NCBI GenBank assembly: GCA_963665615.2
Contig: CAXXQE010000001.1
Location: forward strand, 451,151-515,150
Direction: 5' to 3'
Length of the DNA: 64,000 bases
Source of the DNA: Syntrophales bacterium
Lineage (GTDB): Bacteria; Desulfobacterota; Syntrophia; Syntrophales; UBA4778
Of this stretch, positions 28,226 to 38,883 are shown piece after piece (the first letter of the stretch is position 1; each line of letters starts with the position of its first letter). A program made the translations under genes and the position numbers. Under the pieces are notes generated by a model. The model was not told the origin of the DNA. It saw nothing but the letters and a program-made list of their open reading frames with translations, and made no database searches.

Positions 28226-28271
28226 GTTGACATGTCAACGATATTATGGTTTAAGTGACGCCCACTGTCAA
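28226..28271 (-). promoter_or_regulatory. sigma70 promoter plus palindromic operator for marR-emrAB
   Basis: TTGACA-N17-CATAAT, then the perfect palindrome GTTGACATGTCAAC (28226-28239) at the predicted start site. Confidence 0.75.
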
Positions 28272-28290
28272 GCGGAAAAGTGCCGGATCC

Positions 28291-28401
28291 GGCAGCAAGT
28301 GCATGCCATGCAGCTTGCTGCGGGTTAAGCGGGCGAATCCTGTTGAAACGTCTTACTTAAGGATCGAAGATTCGCCGGAGCTTGTTCCGATGCGGCTTCA
28401 A
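28291..28401 (+). repeat. Family B repeat, degenerate copy
   Basis: gcagcttgctgcgggttaagcgggcgaatc...ggatcgaagattcgccggagcttgttccg...cttcaa. Confidence 0.7.
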
Positions 28402-28474
28402 ATGCCCATGTAAACGAAGAGGCTTGGCTTGACGGGATGGTGTGTAGTTTCGGGGGTGGAAAAAGACAAACAAT

Positions 28475-29353
28475 ATGCTGATGGGATATGGCTATATTGC
28501 CGTTGTGGTGATCGGTATTACGACTGTTGCCTGGCTGGCGAAGCTCTCGGCCCGCAATGGCGTATCTTCTTTTGAGCTGAGTTTCACGATGTTCGGTCTG
28601 GCGGCCGTCTTCGGCTATCCCTTTGCGATGCGCCATCATGTACCGGCGAGCGCCTATTCCGCCCGGTTGTGGTGGATTGCAATCATGGCAGGCATCGGTG
28701 GTGCTACGGCGGTCTTCATCTTCAATCGGGCCGTGCGGATCGGGCATTTCGGCTTCTCCAACGCCATCTACCGGTCATCCTTTGTAATGCCCGTCGTTTT
28801 CAGCGTCCTGTTTTTTGGCGCTCAACTGAACTTGCTGACGATTGCGGGCATCCTGGCGATTCTCACCGCCATTTTTCTGGTGTCGTGGTCCAACGAGGTC
28901 TTCGCGAAGACTGCGGATAGCGGCAACGGCGGGATGCTTTGGTTTGTGCTGATCCTCTGCGCCTTTTCGTTGAGCGGCCTTCCCAGAATCGGTCAACTGC
29001 TGATTCATCGAAACGACCTCAACCCGTCGGCCTATCTCTTCGCCTCCTATGCGGCGGGGTTTCTCACTATGGCGATCCCCTTTGCCTTCCGGGGATGGCG
29101 TATCCGTCCCCTGGCCTGGCTCTATGGCGGCATAGCCGCTGTGGCCAGTTTTGCGGGCGTTTATAGCACCCTGGCCGCACTCAAAGTGCTGCCGGCTTTT
29201 GTCGTTTTCCCGGTGACGCTCAGCGCGCCCATTTTGCTCGGGATGTTCGTTTCGCTTTTTTACCGTGAAAGGATTCGTCCTCTTGGCTGGATCGGAATCT
29301 TTCTGGGTATCGGCGGCATTCTGACCCTTTCGCTTCAGACTTACTTGAAATAG
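28475..29353 (+). CDS. DMT/EamA-like membrane transporter
   Basis: About 10 hydrophobic helices in two repeats; C-terminal FYRERI...GIFLGIGGI. Confidence 0.75.
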   Translation: MLMGYGYIAVVVIGITTVAWLAKLSARNGVSSFELSFTMFGLAAVFGYPFAMRHHVPASAYSARLWWIAIMAGIGGATAVFIFNRAVRIGHFGFSNAIYRSSFVMPVVFSVLFFGAQLNLLTIAGILAILTAIFLVSWSNEVFAKTADSGNGGMLWFVLILCAFSLSGLPRIGQLLIHRNDLNPSAYLFASYAAGFLTMAIPFAFRGWRIRPLAWLYGGIAAVASFAGVYSTLAALKVLPAFVVFPVTLSAPILLGMFVSLFYRERIRPLGWIGIFLGIGGILTLSLQTYLK

Positions 29354-29431
29354 ACCCCGCCTTCAAAATAACTTGAATAAAGAAGCGTCTTTTCGTAGCC
29401 TTCTATCGTGATGAAAAAGAAGGAGGCTGTC

Positions 29432-29971
29432 ATGCAGGCACGCGGTCCACTGATGATAGAGCATCGTCTGATCGAACGGATGCTCAGGGTTGTCGGCGAA
29501 GAACTGGCACGGATAGAGGCGCATCAGAAGGTCGATCCGTTTTTCGTGGATACGGCCGTGGATTTCATCCGGATTTATGCCGATCGGACGCATCACGGCA
29601 AGGAGGAGGACATCCTCTTCAAGGCGTTGCGGGGCAAGACGCTGTCTTCGGAAGACCTTCGGATTATGAATGAACTGATCGAGGAACATCGATTCGGCCG
29701 TCGGACCACGGCGGCGCTGGTCGAAGCGAACACGCGCTATCGTAACGGCGACACGGCCGCTCTGGCCGATATTGCCGTCAATCTGCAGACCCTCATTGCC
29801 TTCTACCCGAAGCACATCGAGAAGGAGGACAAGACCTTTTTCCCCGCCGCAAGGACCTACTTTACAGATCGGGAAGACGCGGCCCTGCTTGATGCCTTTT
29901 ATGAATTTGACCGGAAAATGATTCACGAAAAATACACATCCCTGGTCGAGGCGCTGGAACGACGCGACTAG
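29432..29971 (+). CDS. Hemerythrin/HHE cation-binding domain protein
   Basis: LMIEHRLI, HHGKEEDILF, EEH, HIEKEDKTFFP; AGGAGG RBS. Confidence 0.9.
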   Translation: MQARGPLMIEHRLIERMLRVVGEELARIEAHQKVDPFFVDTAVDFIRIYADRTHHGKEEDILFKALRGKTLSSEDLRIMNELIEEHRFGRRTTAALVEANTRYRNGDTAALADIAVNLQTLIAFYPKHIEKEDKTFFPAARTYFTDREDAALLDAFYEFDRKMIHEKYTSLVEALERRD

Positions 29972-30031
29972 GACGCTGTTTTTGTCGTTTATGGGTTGAC
30001 AGCTCAGGACGCGCTTCCTATACTGCACGGC

Positions 30032-30736
30032 ATGATCCTCCTTGAAGATGTGACCAAGCGATTCGGCACCTTGACCGCCGTGGACCGTGTTTCTCTGCAC
30101 ATTGCACAGGGAGAGTCTTTTGCTTTGCTCGGTCCGAACGGGGCGGGCAAGACGACGATTGTCCGGATGCTGCTCGATTTTACGCGGCCGACGGCGGGTC
30201 GCCTGTCGATTGACGGCATTCCCAGCACGGAAGCCGCAAGCCGCTCTGTGGTCGGCTACCTGCCTGAAAACCTCCGCATCCCGCCGTACCTCACCGGCTG
30301 GCACTATTTGCAGCGTTGTGCTGAACTGTCGGGATTGAGCGGCAGCGACATGATCGAGCAGTGCCGGCGGATGGTTGAGCGGATCGGCATGCAGGGTCGG
30401 GAGTACGTCAAGGCAGGCGCCTGTTCCAAGGGGATGATCCAGCGACTGGGACTCGGCGCGGCGCTGATCGGCAACCCGAAACTGCTCATTCTCGATGAAC
30501 CTACCGCCGGACTCGATCCCATCGGTATCCGGGAAATTCGCCTCCTGCTGGAATCCCTTAAGGCGAACGGGACGACCATCTTCCTGAATTCCCATCTTCT
30601 GTCCGAGGTGGAAAAACTCTGCGCCCATGCCGCGATCATTCATCAGGGCAGGTTGCTGGTCGTGGATTCGATCGCCGCGCTGATTGGGGACGGAGAAAGC
30701 CTGGAGGATGTTTTCATGAGATACGTAAAAGGTTGA
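30032..30736 (+). CDS. ABC-2-type exporter ATP-binding protein
   Basis: GPNGAGKT, CSKGM signature, ILDEPT, NSH; alternative start TTG 29996. Confidence 0.92.
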   Translation: MILLEDVTKRFGTLTAVDRVSLHIAQGESFALLGPNGAGKTTIVRMLLDFTRPTAGRLSIDGIPSTEAASRSVVGYLPENLRIPPYLTGWHYLQRCAELSGLSGSDMIEQCRRMVERIGMQGREYVKAGACSKGMIQRLGLGAALIGNPKLLILDEPTAGLDPIGIREIRLLLESLKANGTTIFLNSHLLSEVEKLCAHAAIIHQGRLLVVDSIAALIGDGESLEDVFMRYVKG

Positions 30737-30743
30737 TGGACGC

Positions 30744-31580
30744 ATGCCGAAGGCGATTGCACCCGTGATCAGAGTTGCCCGATACACGTTTGCCGACGAA
30801 ATCCGTCAGCGGAGCGTGGCCATTCTTTTTGTCGTCTTCGCCGCCTTCATCTTTCTCGTTCGCGGATGCTATCACGGCCACTATGTGGTGAACGGTCAGG
30901 AACTCGATCCGGAGACGGTGATCCGCCTCGGCGCAAAAGCGACCTTTCATGTGATTGCGGTTGGCGTGATGCTGTTAACCGCTCTGCTTTCGATGCGCGC
31001 CTTCAGGCGCGACCGTGAAGACGGTATGCAAACGTGCATCCTCTCGCGGCCGGTGACGCGCCGCCAGTATGTGACGGGAAAGATCCTCGGCCTGTGGAGT
31101 CTGACGAGCCTCTTTATGTTGGTTTTGCATGCCATCATGTTCGTCGTTACATCCATCGGCCTCAAGGTGGTTCTGCCGGGCTATCTCCCGGCTTCCCTGT
31201 TGTGCACAGCCAACCTGTTCTTTATTGTCACGACGGTCCTCCTGCTGTCGCTATGGATGCCCGATATTGTCGCCTTCTTCTGCATGCTGGGAATCGGTTT
31301 AACCGGTCTGGTTGCGGATGTGATCTTTGCGCTTCGGCACAGCGACATCGCCCAGGCCATGATGCAGCAAGACGGTCTGCCGGCTGCACCGGCCGGCTGG
31401 GACGCATTCTTCTATGCTTGGCCGAAACTCGCGGCGGCACAGCAGGCGGCGTCTTCCATGATTGTTTGGGAGGGCGCCTTCCGGCTCGGCATTGTCTTCC
31501 CTTTCTTTAATGTCCTCGTCTATGGCCTTATTTTTGCCGCACTGGCGGTTTGGTGTTTCCGGCGTCAAGAGATCATCTGA
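30744..31580 (+). CDS. ABC-2-type transporter permease
   Basis: Six TM segments; LSRPVTRRQYVTGK motif; follows the ATPase. Confidence 0.85.
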   Translation: MPKAIAPVIRVARYTFADEIRQRSVAILFVVFAAFIFLVRGCYHGHYVVNGQELDPETVIRLGAKATFHVIAVGVMLLTALLSMRAFRRDREDGMQTCILSRPVTRRQYVTGKILGLWSLTSLFMLVLHAIMFVVTSIGLKVVLPGYLPASLLCTANLFFIVTTVLLLSLWMPDIVAFFCMLGIGLTGLVADVIFALRHSDIAQAMMQQDGLPAAPAGWDAFFYAWPKLAAAQQAASSMIVWEGAFRLGIVFPFFNVLVYGLIFAALAVWCFRRQEII

Positions 31581-31600
31581 AGTGCGAGGCCTATGCAGCG

Positions 31601-34600
31601 TTATGCATCGTGAGGCGGTCCAGACAACTTGTCTGCATGGCGCCGCCTGAAACGGAACAGGTTGCGGATGCGCCTCTGAAAGGATTCCATATAGGTATAA
31701 AATACGGGGGTCAGGTAAAGGGTGATGAGTTGTGAGAAGAGTAGACCGCCTACGACCGCCAACCCCAGCGGACGCCGTGACTCCGCGCCGGCGCCAAGGC
31801 CGAGGGCGATTGGCAGGGTGCCCATGAGCGCTGCCATGGTCGTCATGATAATCGGGCGAAATCGGATGATGCACCCGCTGTAGATCGCCTCGCTCGGTGA
31901 CTTCTGTTCCCTGCGCTGCGCCTCCAAGGCGAAATCGATCATCATGATCGCGTTTTTCTTCACGATCCCAACCAGCAGAATAATTCCGACAAAGGAATAG
32001 ATATTGAGCTCGTAGCCGAAAAGGAGGAGGACCAGAAGTGCGCCGAATCCAGCTGAGGGCAGTCCTGACAGGATCGTCAGCGGATGGATGAAGCTCTCGT
32101 AGAGAATTCCCAAAACGATATAGATCACCACAATTGCGAGGACCAACATCAGCCACAGGCCGCGCAAAGAGCTTTCGAAAGCCTGCGCCTGTCCCTGGAA
32201 ATTCCCGTTAATGCCGGGTTGCAGTGATGTGCGGGCGATGGCCTCGACCGCGGAAACGGCATCGCCGAGCGATACGCCCGGCCTCGTGTTGAACGAAATA
32301 GTTACCGACGGGAACTGGCCGGAGTGATTGACGGTGAGGGGACCGGCGTCGCGACTCAGCGTCGTCAAGGTATTTAGTGGTACCAGTTGACCGGCTGATG
32401 ATCTGATATAGAGCAGCGACAACAGCGACGGATCCTTCTGATACGATGGTTCAACCTCCATGATGACCTGGTACTGATTGTTCGGCGCGTAGATGGTAGA
32501 GATCTGGTCCTGACTATAGGCCGTCTGGAGCGCCGCCTCGATCTGCTGCGCCGACACACCAAGGGCGGCCGCCTTGTCCCGGTCGATGATAACGTTGATC
32601 TGAGGATTCTTGATCTGCAGGTCGCTTGTTACGTCCTGAAGGATGGGCAGCTCCGCCATCTTCCGTTCTAAGAAGACAGCGCTTCGATAGAGTTCCTCCG
32701 TGTCTGGGCTCTGCAGGGTAAACTGATAGAGACTCTTGGTCAAGCGGCCTCCAATGGTAATCAATGGCGGATTTTGCATGAAGGCGCGGATGCCTGGGAT
32801 TTGGGACAACCGGGGGGTCAGTTTCCGGATCACGTCGTCGGCACTCAATCGTCGCTCCGGTCGATCCTTGAGCCGGATGAAGATGCGGCCGATGTTTCCC
32901 GTGGTGGAGGGACCGCTTGAGCCGATGCTAGACATGAAATCGGCTATATTGGAATCGTTCTTGATGATCGCCGCAATGGTCATCTGATGCGCCTTCATGG
33001 ATTCGAAGGAGATACCCTGGATCGCTTCGGTGAAGGCGGCAATCCGTCCCGTGTCGTCCGTCGGGATGAACCCGTATCCCCGCGGATAAAACGCGAAGAG
33101 GACGACCGTCAGGGCGAGAATCAAGCCGTTGACCAGCATAACGAGCCGGCGGTGATTCAATACCAGTTTCAGGCTCTTCTCATAGCCGGCTAGCAATACG
33201 CTGAAGGTCCGTTCAGCAACGTTGTAGAGGCTGCCGTGGCGGCGATTTACGTCGTGACGGATAAACCGGCTGCAGAGCATCGGCGTCAGGGTGAGCGAGA
33301 CGAAGCCGGAGACGAGAATGGCGGTGGCGATGACCACGGCGAATTCGTGGAGCAGGCGTCCGAGAATGCCCGGCATGAACAAGACCGGGATGAAAACGGC
33401 GACGAGCGACAGGGTCATAGAAAGAATGGTAAAGCCGATTTCTCTGGCGCCCTTAAAGGCCGCGTTCCGCACGGATTCTCCGAGCTCAACGTGGCGGACG
33501 ATGTTCTCCAGCATGACGATGGCGTCATCAACGATGAAGCCGACAGCCAGCACGAGTGCAAGCAGCGAAAAGTTATCTACGCTGTAGCCGAGGTAGTACA
33601 TGACGGCAAAGGTGCCGATAATTGACATGGGCAGCGCGAGGCTGGGAATAACGGTAGCGGACAAATTGCGCAGAAAGAGAAAGATGACGAGGACGACCAG
33701 ACAGATCGATAGAAAGAGCGTAAACTTCACGTCCGCAACAGATTCGCGGATGGATTTGGAGCGGTCATAGAGGATGTTGATCTGTACCGCCCCTGGAATC
33801 TGCTGGCGGAAAGTCGGAAGCAACTTCTTGATGGCGTCTACGATCTCGATCGTGTTGGTGCCGGGTTGACGTTGGATGGCGAGGATAACGCCCCGGGTAT
33901 CGTTGAACCAACTGGCGATCCGGTCGTTTTCGACGCTGTCAATGACCCGCCCCAACTCGCCGAGGCGCACGGGGTTGCCGTTGCGGTAGGCGACGATCAG
34001 CGGGCGATATGCTGCGGCATTGTATAGTTGGCCGGTTGCCTTGATCGTCCGTTCAGTCTGGGCGCCTTGCAGTGAACCGGTTGGCAGATTGACGTTCGCG
34101 GACTGGACGGCATTGGAAATTTCGTCGATACCCAAACCGCGCGATGCCAGGGCACCGGGGTCGAGCTGGATACGGACGGCGTATTTCTGTGAGCCGAATA
34201 TCTGAACCTGCGCGACCCCGTTAATCATCGAGATCCGCTGTCCGATCAGGGTGTCGGCGTATTCATGGACCTGTGAAAGGGGCAGCGTCGGAGAGGTGAC
34301 CGCCAGATAGAGGATCGGCTGATCCGCCGGATTGACCTTCTGATAGGCTGGCGGACTCGGCAGGTCGGGTGGAAGAAGCCGCGCCGCCTTGGAAATCATT
34401 GCCTGGACATCCTGTGCTGCTGCGTCGATATTCCGGTCCAGGTTGAAAACGAGCGTGATTTGCGTGACGCCGAGCGCATTCGTTGAGGTCATGGAGTCGA
34501 GTCCGGCAATGGTGGAAAACTGCCGCTCCAACGGTGTCGCAACCGATGAGGCCATGTTTTCTGGACTGGCGCCGGGCAGATTGGCGGTCACGTTGATCGT

Positions 34601-34729
34601 CGGAAAATCGACGTTGGGAAGGTCGCTGACCGGCAGGAGGCGATAGCCAACGAATCCGAACAGGACGATGGCGATCATGACGAGTGTGGTCATGATCGGC
34701 CGTCTTATGAAGATTTCCGAGATGCTCAC
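31601..34729 (-). CDS. RND efflux permease (MdtB/MdtC type)
   Basis: FIRRPIMTT, VATPLERQF, VDDAIVMLEN, GIVKKNAIMMIDFA, RFRPIIMTT. Confidence 0.95.
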   Translation of the reverse strand: MSISEIFIRRPIMTTLVMIAIVLFGFVGYRLLPVSDLPNVDFPTINVTANLPGASPENMASSVATPLERQFSTIAGLDSMTSTNALGVTQITLVFNLDRNIDAAAQDVQAMISKAARLLPPDLPSPPAYQKVNPADQPILYLAVTSPTLPLSQVHEYADTLIGQRISMINGVAQVQIFGSQKYAVRIQLDPGALASRGLGIDEISNAVQSANVNLPTGSLQGAQTERTIKATGQLYNAAAYRPLIVAYRNGNPVRLGELGRVIDSVENDRIASWFNDTRGVILAIQRQPGTNTIEIVDAIKKLLPTFRQQIPGAVQINILYDRSKSIRESVADVKFTLFLSICLVVLVIFLFLRNLSATVIPSLALPMSIIGTFAVMYYLGYSVDNFSLLALVLAVGFIVDDAIVMLENIVRHVELGESVRNAAFKGAREIGFTILSMTLSLVAVFIPVLFMPGILGRLLHEFAVVIATAILVSGFVSLTLTPMLCSRFIRHDVNRRHGSLYNVAERTFSVLLAGYEKSLKLVLNHRRLVMLVNGLILALTVVLFAFYPRGYGFIPTDDTGRIAAFTEAIQGISFESMKAHQMTIAAIIKNDSNIADFMSSIGSSGPSTTGNIGRIFIRLKDRPERRLSADDVIRKLTPRLSQIPGIRAFMQNPPLITIGGRLTKSLYQFTLQSPDTEELYRSAVFLERKMAELPILQDVTSDLQIKNPQINVIIDRDKAAALGVSAQQIEAALQTAYSQDQISTIYAPNNQYQVIMEVEPSYQKDPSLLSLLYIRSSAGQLVPLNTLTTLSRDAGPLTVNHSGQFPSVTISFNTRPGVSLGDAVSAVEAIARTSLQPGINGNFQGQAQAFESSLRGLWLMLVLAIVVIYIVLGILYESFIHPLTILSGLPSAGFGALLVLLLFGYELNIYSFVGIILLVGIVKKNAIMMIDFALEAQRREQKSPSEAIYSGCIIRFRPIIMTTMAALMGTLPIALGLGAGAESRRPLGLAVVGGLLFSQLITLYLTPVFYTYMESFQRRIRNLFRFRRRHADKLSGPPHDA

Positions 34730-35907
34730 TTTTTCGCTGCCTTGCGGTTGGAAAGGGCCTGGATTTCCTTGCTTTCAGAGGAAGCGGCCGTGACACCGTT
34801 TTGGATCTGAACTTTTGCTCCGTCAGTGAGCTGCATCTGACCGTCCGTCACTACCCGGTCTCCCTGCTGGAGACCTTTTTCGATCAGGGTGCTGTTGCGA
34901 TACGTTCCGGCAATGGTAACGGATCGAACCTCGGCCGTCATGTTCTTCTCGACGACGAAAACAAAGGGACCCGACTGCCCGGATAGAACGGCCTGAGAGG
35001 GAACAACGATCGCGTTTTTCCGAAGATAAAGGTGAAGCACCAAGTTGACAAACTGTCCAGGCCACAATTGTCTGTTTCTGTTTTCAAAGGTTGCCTTCAG
35101 ACGAATGGTCCCTGTGGCTTTGTCCACGGCGTTGTCGATCGATACAAGCACTCCTGTTTCCGGTCCTCGCCCGTCCTCGGGAATCGATGCCTCTACCCGC
35201 ATGGCGCCGAAAGCCATGTATTTTTTTACCTCGCCAAGATGGCCCTCCGGGACCGTAAAGGCGACATTGACGGGGTTGATCTGGTTAACAGTGACCAGCG
35301 TCGCGTCGTTGGCCTTCACGATATTGCCGATATCGATGGCGGTGTTGCCGACCATGCCGCTGATCGGAGACCGAATCTCCGTATAGTCGAGCTGGAGCCG
35401 ATTGGCTTCGACAGCGGCCAAGTCTGCCTTAACGGTCGCATTGAGGGCGTCGCCGGTGGCAATCACCTGGTCGTAATCCTGTCTTGCGACGTAACCCTTT
35501 TGAATAAGTGCGGTATAGCGTGCGACGTCCTCGGCGGCCTTCTTTGCCTGGGCCCTGTCTCGGGCCAGGTTGGCCTCGGCCTGCCGGAGGGCGGCTTCGT
35601 AAGGGCGCGGATCTATCTTGAAGAGCAGATCCCCTTTGGCGATATACTGTCCTTCCTTAAACGAAACCTTGACGATCTCGCCATTGACCTGGGCCTTGAC
35701 GGCCACGGTATTATAGGCCTCGACATTGCCGATCGACCGGATTTCGAAGGGGATATCGGCGAGGCGGGCCGCATCTGTCCGAACTGGCACTTTTTGGGAT
35801 ACCTTTTTCTCAGTCTTGCCGGAAGAACACGCCGTCGGGAGCAGGACCATCGACCCTATAAGGATAGAGACCGCAGTTTTCCTCATCACGCTGAATAAAA
35901 AAACCAT
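34726..35907 (-). CDS. RND periplasmic adaptor (MdtA type)
   Basis: IDPRPY, IRSPISG, IDNAVDKATGT, LWPGQFV. Confidence 0.92.
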   Translation of the reverse strand: MVFLFSVMRKTAVSILIGSMVLLPTACSSGKTEKKVSQKVPVRTDAARLADIPFEIRSIGNVEAYNTVAVKAQVNGEIVKVSFKEGQYIAKGDLLFKIDPRPYEAALRQAEANLARDRAQAKKAAEDVARYTALIQKGYVARQDYDQVIATGDALNATVKADLAAVEANRLQLDYTEIRSPISGMVGNTAIDIGNIVKANDATLVTVNQINPVNVAFTVPEGHLGEVKKYMAFGAMRVEASIPEDGRGPETGVLVSIDNAVDKATGTIRLKATFENRNRQLWPGQFVNLVLHLYLRKNAIVVPSQAVLSGQSGPFVFVVEKNMTAEVRSVTIAGTYRNSTLIEKGLQQGDRVVTDGQMQLTDGAKVQIQNGVTAASSESKEIQALSNRKAAKK

Positions 35908-36007
35908 CGTCCGTCTTTCCCCTCCATTGGATGATCAAAAAATAGCAGAATCATTTTGCTTGTCAATGGCCTTGTCCACGGAGGGCCGAGTGTGCTATGA
36001 AAGGCGC

Positions 36008-37330
36008 ATGGAACCGCGCATCATTCCACGAACAGAGCATTCTATTTCTCGAAGGCAGATCAGTGACAACGCCCTGCGGACCCTCTACCGTCTGCGCGAC
36101 AGCGGCTTTATCGCCTATCTCGTGGGGGGATGCGTCCGCGATCTGCTGATGGGTCGGAAACCCAAAGACTTCGATATCGCCACGAACGCCACTCCCGCCG
36201 AGATCCGTCACCTCTTTCGCAACTGCCGGCTGGTAGGCCGTCGCTTTCGGTTGGCGCATCTCTATTTCAAAGATGAGATTCTGGAGGTCTCGACCTTCCG
36301 TCGCCAGGCGCTTCCCGACGAAAGCGGAGATGAGGCGGAACCGGACCGGTCGCATCCGCCCGCCGCTCACGTCAAGAATGAAGACGGCATGATCCTGCGC
36401 GACAACATCTTCGGAACGCCGGAGGAAGATGCCCTTCGTCGTGACTTTACGATCAATGCGCTGGCCTATAATATTGCAGATTTTTCCGTGATTGATCACT
36501 CGACGGGGCTGGAAGATTTGCAGGCGCGGCTGATTCGTCCCATCGGCGATCCCGAAGTGCGCTTTACCGAAGATCCCGTGCGAATGCTCCGCGCGGTGCG
36601 CTTTGCTGCATCTCATGATTTCACCATTGAACCCGCGACGTGGGACATTATCTGCCGGTTGTCCCCGACGATCACCCGGGTATCTCCGGCCAGGCTTTAC
36701 GATGAGATGCAGAAGCTTTTCATGCTAGGCTTTGCGCGACCGACCTTGCGCATGCTCGATCAGAGCGGTTTTCTAGCCCCCCTCTTTCCCTTCCTTGTGG
36801 GCTGGCTGTCCCAGGGAGGCGATCGGGCGACGCTGCTCGAAGAAAACCTTGCCGCCTTCGATAACCTGATTGGCAGTGAGACGCAGCCCATGCCGTCACT
36901 GATGCTGGCCGTGCTTTTCGGCCCGATGCTCGACGAGTCGGCGCAGGTGCATGCGCGCGAGGACGGCATGTCTTACCGCATGGCGCTTGAACTATCCTGC
37001 GACCTGCTGATAGAGGAGATTGCGGCGTCGATCAACATCCCGCGTCGGATTACCAGCCGGATGCGCCATGTCCTCGTGCTGCAGATTGCACTGACCGCGA
37101 TGCCGCCGCGGCGGCCTGCGACAGTCCCGAAACGTCCGGGATTCGACGAGGCCATGGCCTATCTACGGATCGTTGCCGCAACGGACGAGGCGAAATGTGC
37201 CGCGCTAAACTGGTGGGAGTCCTATCTGAGAGATCCCCAGTCCGTTGTCGCCGCCCCGGAACCGTCTCAGAAAAAAAGACGCCGTCGCCGCCGTCGCCCG
37301 AGAACGACCCCCAAAACGGTGGTAGAATAA
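36008..37330 (+). CDS. pcnB: Poly(A) polymerase I
   Basis: VGGCVRD, KDFD, PAP-specific LVGRRFRLAHL, RRDFTINAL, EDPVRMLRA, Arg-rich tail. Confidence 0.9.
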   Translation: MEPRIIPRTEHSISRRQISDNALRTLYRLRDSGFIAYLVGGCVRDLLMGRKPKDFDIATNATPAEIRHLFRNCRLVGRRFRLAHLYFKDEILEVSTFRRQALPDESGDEAEPDRSHPPAAHVKNEDGMILRDNIFGTPEEDALRRDFTINALAYNIADFSVIDHSTGLEDLQARLIRPIGDPEVRFTEDPVRMLRAVRFAASHDFTIEPATWDIICRLSPTITRVSPARLYDEMQKLFMLGFARPTLRMLDQSGFLAPLFPFLVGWLSQGGDRATLLEENLAAFDNLIGSETQPMPSLMLAVLFGPMLDESAQVHAREDGMSYRMALELSCDLLIEEIAASINIPRRITSRMRHVLVLQIALTAMPPRRPATVPKRPGFDEAMAYLRIVAATDEAKCAALNWWESYLRDPQSVVAAPEPSQKKRRRRRRRPRTTPKTVVE

Positions 37331-37347
37331 AGTTTGGAAGAATACTG

Positions 37348-38199
37348 ATGCACATACCGGCTTTGCATAAAGCGGATATCGGCGGGGCCGCCCTGCCTTA
37401 TCTGCACTACAGGGGGGGCGAGTCACAAATGGTCTTTGTCCACGCGACGGGATTCGTACCCGGGATGTGGCATCCCGTCATTCGGGAACTGGCACCGACT
37501 CATAGTGTCTGGGCGCCCTTCATCAACGATTATCGGCATGCCGATCCGCATGACGGCGGACTGGATTGGGATGTGATCGCCCGCGATTTGTCTGTCTTTT
37601 GCGAGAAAATGGCTATCGATGCGCCCGTCCTTGTGGGGCATTCGATGGGGGCGACCACCTCTGCCTTGGCTGTGGGCAAGTATGGCGTCAAGGCGCGTGG
37701 TGTGGTTCTGATCGAACCCATTTTTTTGCCCGAAGACTATTATGCCGAGCAGATCGATGTCAATAGTATCGCCCTGGCGGCCAAATCCATCAAAAGGCGG
37801 AATCACTGGAAAAATGAGGAGGAGGCCTGGGCCTATCTGAAGAAGAACGCATTTTTCAAGAGTTGGGACGAAGAGGTCTTGCAACTCTATTTCAAATACG
37901 GGATGCAGCGGCTGGAGAAAGGAGATCTGAACTTGGTGTGCTCGCCGAAAAATGAGGCGGCCATCTTTGTCGGTTCACGGCGCATCAATCCCTGGCCCTT
38001 CTTGCCTCGAATAGACTGCCCCACGATGATTATTGAGGGTGGCGACACGGAATACAGGAGTTTCATCGATACAGGCAAGATGCTGTCTTTTCTGCCCAAG
38101 GGGCGGTTTGAAGCGGTGCCCGACGCCCATCATCTCGTTGTCATGGAAAAGCCGCGAGAGATCCTTCAGATTCTGAAGACATTCATCGCGGCGCTCTGA
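37348..38199 (+). CDS. Alpha/beta hydrolase
   Basis: HATGF, GHSMG nucleophile elbow, C-terminal His. Confidence 0.88.
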   Translation: MHIPALHKADIGGAALPYLHYRGGESQMVFVHATGFVPGMWHPVIRELAPTHSVWAPFINDYRHADPHDGGLDWDVIARDLSVFCEKMAIDAPVLVGHSMGATTSALAVGKYGVKARGVVLIEPIFLPEDYYAEQIDVNSIALAAKSIKRRNHWKNEEEAWAYLKKNAFFKSWDEEVLQLYFKYGMQRLEKGDLNLVCSPKNEAAIFVGSRRINPWPFLPRIDCPTMIIEGGDTEYRSFIDTGKMLSFLPKGRFEAVPDAHHLVVMEKPREILQILKTFIAAL

Positions 38200-38262
38200 A
38201 AACGTCCGACTCATCCGAGGTTCGTGAAACGGTTTGTCTCACGTTTCTTTCTCGCATCATGC

Positions 38263-38847
38263 CTAACAGGGGAGCTCCTTTCCGTATTCGAGTTGCAGCT
38301 TGCCGAGCGTGACGACGTCGAATCGGCCCGTCTTGCGGAAGAGCTGATAAAGCGGTCGGATGTCTCCGGCGACGACACCGGATCCCGTCGCTTCATACGC
38401 ATGAAGCGGGGCAAACAATTCCAGTCCCGCGTCCGGATCGATTTTTTCTTTGTGCCGGCCGCCTTCCTGTAATGTCAGTCCCGGCGGGAGATTGAAAAAC
38501 AGATCGCACAGGGCCTCGCCGATGTCGCGTGAATAGGTTTTGTACGCGAAAGAAAAGGAGGCAGCGATGATTTCCCGCGCCGAAAGGATTTCCGCTTCGA
38601 GGTCCTTTTTTCGACGCTGAATCGCCTGGCACAGGGACTCGTATAGATCCCGCTCCGTAATCACCGGGGTGAGGTGGTGATGTTCCGAAAAAAAGTGGAC
38701 GATCAGTTCTATGGGGCTGTCTTTTTCGGGAGGGGTTTGTTCGATGAAGGCCCTTCCGCAATCGCGCTGTCCCAAGAAGCCCAGAATAAATCCTTTGAGA
38801 AGCTTTTGATCTCCCTTGATTGTGATTTCAACGAACGCTTCGGACAT
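38263..38847 (-). CDS. Hypothetical protein
   Basis: 194-aa ORF co-oriented with the antiporter; AGGAGG upstream. Confidence 0.7.
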   Translation of the reverse strand: MSEAFVEITIKGDQKLLKGFILGFLGQRDCGRAFIEQTPPEKDSPIELIVHFFSEHHHLTPVITERDLYESLCQAIQRRKKDLEAEILSAREIIAASFSFAYKTYSRDIGEALCDLFFNLPPGLTLQEGGRHKEKIDPDAGLELFAPLHAYEATGSGVVAGDIRPLYQLFRKTGRFDVVTLGKLQLEYGKELPC

Positions 38848-38883
38848 ATGCTGACGATGCCTCCTGTGTGATCCGATCCGTCA

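Noticed and set aside
30032..31580. ABC exporter as part of the RiPP cluster
   Set aside because: About 6 kb away, separated by unrelated operons; nothing in the sequence links them
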